A stretch of DNA of 16,144 bases from a virus. Positions 14,824 through 16,144 of this stretch are shown here, in pieces. A program made the translations under genes and the position numbers. The stretch is taken from the UHGV virus genome UHGV-0251712; one strand, written 5' to 3'. The notes under the pieces were generated by a model. The model was not told the DNA's origin, did not search any database, and was given only the letters and a program-made list of their open reading frames with translations. Every line of letters starts with the position of its first letter. Within the stretch, counting starts at the first letter, position 1.

Positions 14824-14928
14824 ATGACCGATACCAGCCTGATTCCTGAGAAAGAAGTGATGAACAAGCTCGGTGTTTCATCACGTCAGACAATCTGGAA
14901 CTATACCAAACGGCACGGATGGATATAG
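14824..14928 (+). CDS. AlpA/Xis-like HTH ORF, only 34 codons; its last 12 nt (last three sense codons plus the stop) lie inside IR-L, so probably truncated
   Basis: MTDTSLIPEKEVMNKLGVSSRQTIWNYTKRHG-WI-stop. It has the AlpA-type HTH (LGVSSRQTIWNY) but lacks the usual ..FP.P.. wing that follows it. GGAGA SD lies upstream. Confidence 0.5.
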   Translation: MTDTSLIPEKEVMNKLGVSSRQTIWNYTKRHGWI

Positions 14929-15189
14929 GTTACTGGCGAACACATGATTTCAGAAGAACGCTTGTTACACGTCTGTCCGAGATGAATGTCGAGCCTCATG
15001 TTACTGAGCGAATGCTCGGTCATGAACTTGGCGGGATAATGTCCGTATACAATAAACACGATTGGATAGAGGCTCAGCGCAAAGCGTATGAGCTTCACGC
15101 TGATAAATTGTTCTGGCACATCAGGAGCATTTCTGATTAACGCCACCGTTAAGTGAAATCATGTGTTCGCCAGTAACCTATATCCATCC
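14917..15189. repeat. Perfect 36-bp inverted repeats (14917-14952 and 15154-15189) flanking a 201-bp segment
   Basis: GGATGGATATAGGTTACTGGCGAACACATGATTTCA at 14917-14952 is the exact reverse complement of 15154-15189. The match ends at both outer and both inner boundaries. Confidence 0.95.
14919..15140 (+). pseudogene. int: Integrase C-terminal catalytic module (73 codons) on the opposite strand from the rest of the gene
   Basis: MDIGYWRTHDFRRTLVTRLSEMNVEPHVTERMLGHELGGIMSVYNKHDWIEAQRKAYELHADKLFWHIRSISD carries the tyrosine-recombinase box II (HDFRRT), the LGH histidine and the Tyr-nucleophile region. Confidence 0.85.
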
Positions 15190-16144
15190 CTCCCCTTATT
15201 CTATTTACGAATCGGTTGGCTGCAGCGATGCTGATCGGTTTGTTTATGTCTTCTCCAGGGAAAAGAACATCATTGTACGTTGTCATGGCCTTATCGAGGA
15301 AAGGCTTAATTTGTTCGAAGATTGGACGGCGGATAACATTACCCATCTTGCTATGCTCTTTCGGTACGGTCCATACGTTGTCCAGCAGGTCAAATTCTGT
15401 CTTTGTTGCCAGCCTAAGCTCTGAGAGCCTCGCCCCCCACAGCATAAGCATCTGATGAAGGAGCTTATTTGACGTAGACGCACGGCTTCTTTCAATAGCA
15501 AGCCAAATCTTAGCCAGTTCGTGATACGACAGTACCCGATCCCCTACCTCAGCGCGGGAGCCGAAGTCCCTTGGCTGGATGCTCATAATTGCGCAACTAT
15601 CTATCAACTGACGCCGCATGCACCAACTAATTGCTGATCTTAGTTGACTTAGCACCTGCCTTGCTCGGCGTGGATTATCTTTTTCTTCTTCGGTAAGCAG
15701 GTCAACCCATTGCTTAACCGTGATAGAAGATGCCGGACGATTAGGAAAGGCGTCATGCATGCGCTTCATAACCGTTGATCGGTAAAGTGCCTGGGTCTTT
15801 TCTCTGAGAGTTGTAGAGACGTAGTTGTCGAACCAGTAGTCGAGACACTGGGCGACCGTCATGGAGTTCTCCACCTTCTCTTCAAAATAAGTGCGTGGAT
15901 CCGTTCCTGAGAAATAGAGCTTTCGCAAGTCAGCAGTGATCTGTCTGGCATCCTTCAAAGACAGGGATGGGTATCGACCAAGCCCAAGTCGATTAGGCTT
16001 GCCATGCCAGCGATAGCGGTACTGGAACTGGATGACCCCCTTCGGTGAAATTCGTACGCTGAGGCCATCGGCATCAGCCACTTCTTGTGGGCCCGAATAT
16101 GGTTTACCATAAATAGTACGCAGTTTTGTGTCGCTTATAGCCAT
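15149..16144 (-). pseudogene. int: P4-type tyrosine integrase, N-terminal 330 codons (arm-binding/DUF4102-like plus core-binding and first catalytic part), ending prematurely just past IR-R
   Basis: MAISDTKLRTIYGKPYSGPQEVADADGLSVRISPKGVIQFQYRYRWHGKPNRLGLGRYPSLSLKDARQ is a classic P4-family integrase N-terminus. The ORF ends ..GGMDIGYWRTHDF-T-stop and lacks the H-x-x-R, His and Tyr residues. Its ATG is the last triplet of the window. Confidence 0.9.

Larger units (their letters stand above)
2586..16144. mobile_element. Decayed P22/Sf6-like (Sf101-like) serotype-converting prophage inserted in sbcB; right end not in window
   Basis: The gene order (window minus strand = phage map direction) is gp7'-gp20-gp16-mnt-tailspike-acyltransferase-att. 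This is fused to ssb'-ea genes-xis-int on the plus strand. Replication, immunity, lysis and head genes are all absent. Confidence 0.8.

Noticed and set aside
1-16144. CRISPR arrays, tRNA/rRNA genes, IS elements, retron or DGR signatures
   Set aside because: I found no spaced direct-repeat arrays, cloverleaf candidates, transposase or reverse-transcriptase ORFs, or template/variable repeat pairs on either strand.

Overview
The backbone is the enterobacterial (E. coli/Shigella-type) yeeA-sbmC-dacD-sbcB locus. sbcB is cut after codon 16 (2585/2586) by a decayed P22/Sf6-like serotype-converting prophage; from memory, Shigella phage Sf101 and some Stx phages use sbcB as their attachment site. The remnant (2586 to at least 16144) keeps an AT-rich O-antigen acyltransferase, a mosaic tailspike, an orphan mnt and the ejection-protein genes (gp16 and gp20 positions, plus a gp7-like 3' stub). 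An internal deletion junction near 10.82 kb fuses these late genes to a 5'-truncated ssb. Downstream follow the early-left 'ea' accessory operon, a self-contained AT-rich NYN-RNase cassette, a Zn-finger ORF, a short xis-like ORF and a P4-type integrase. The main observation concerns the integrase. Its gene lies in two pieces on opposite strands, and a 201-bp segment holding the catalytic C-terminus is bracketed by perfect 36-bp inverted repeats. Flipping that segment in silico restores one 392-codon int, so this is either a candidate intragenic inverton (integrase ON/OFF switch) or a fold-back artefact. The second candidate is the insulated NYN-domain RNase cassette, a possible prophage defence or toxin gene. 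One caution applies throughout. The left 684 bp are not colinear with any enterobacterial genome. They hold two Bacteroidetes conjugative-transposon traG fragments on opposite strands, a perfect 65-bp inverted repeat with a 99-bp spacer, and an inverted yeeA 5' end butt-joined to sbmC codon 119. This looks like chimerism or template switching, and it weakens confidence in the integrase structure as well. I saw no tRNA, rRNA, CRISPR array or IS element. All family assignments come from reading the translations and from memory, not from searches.
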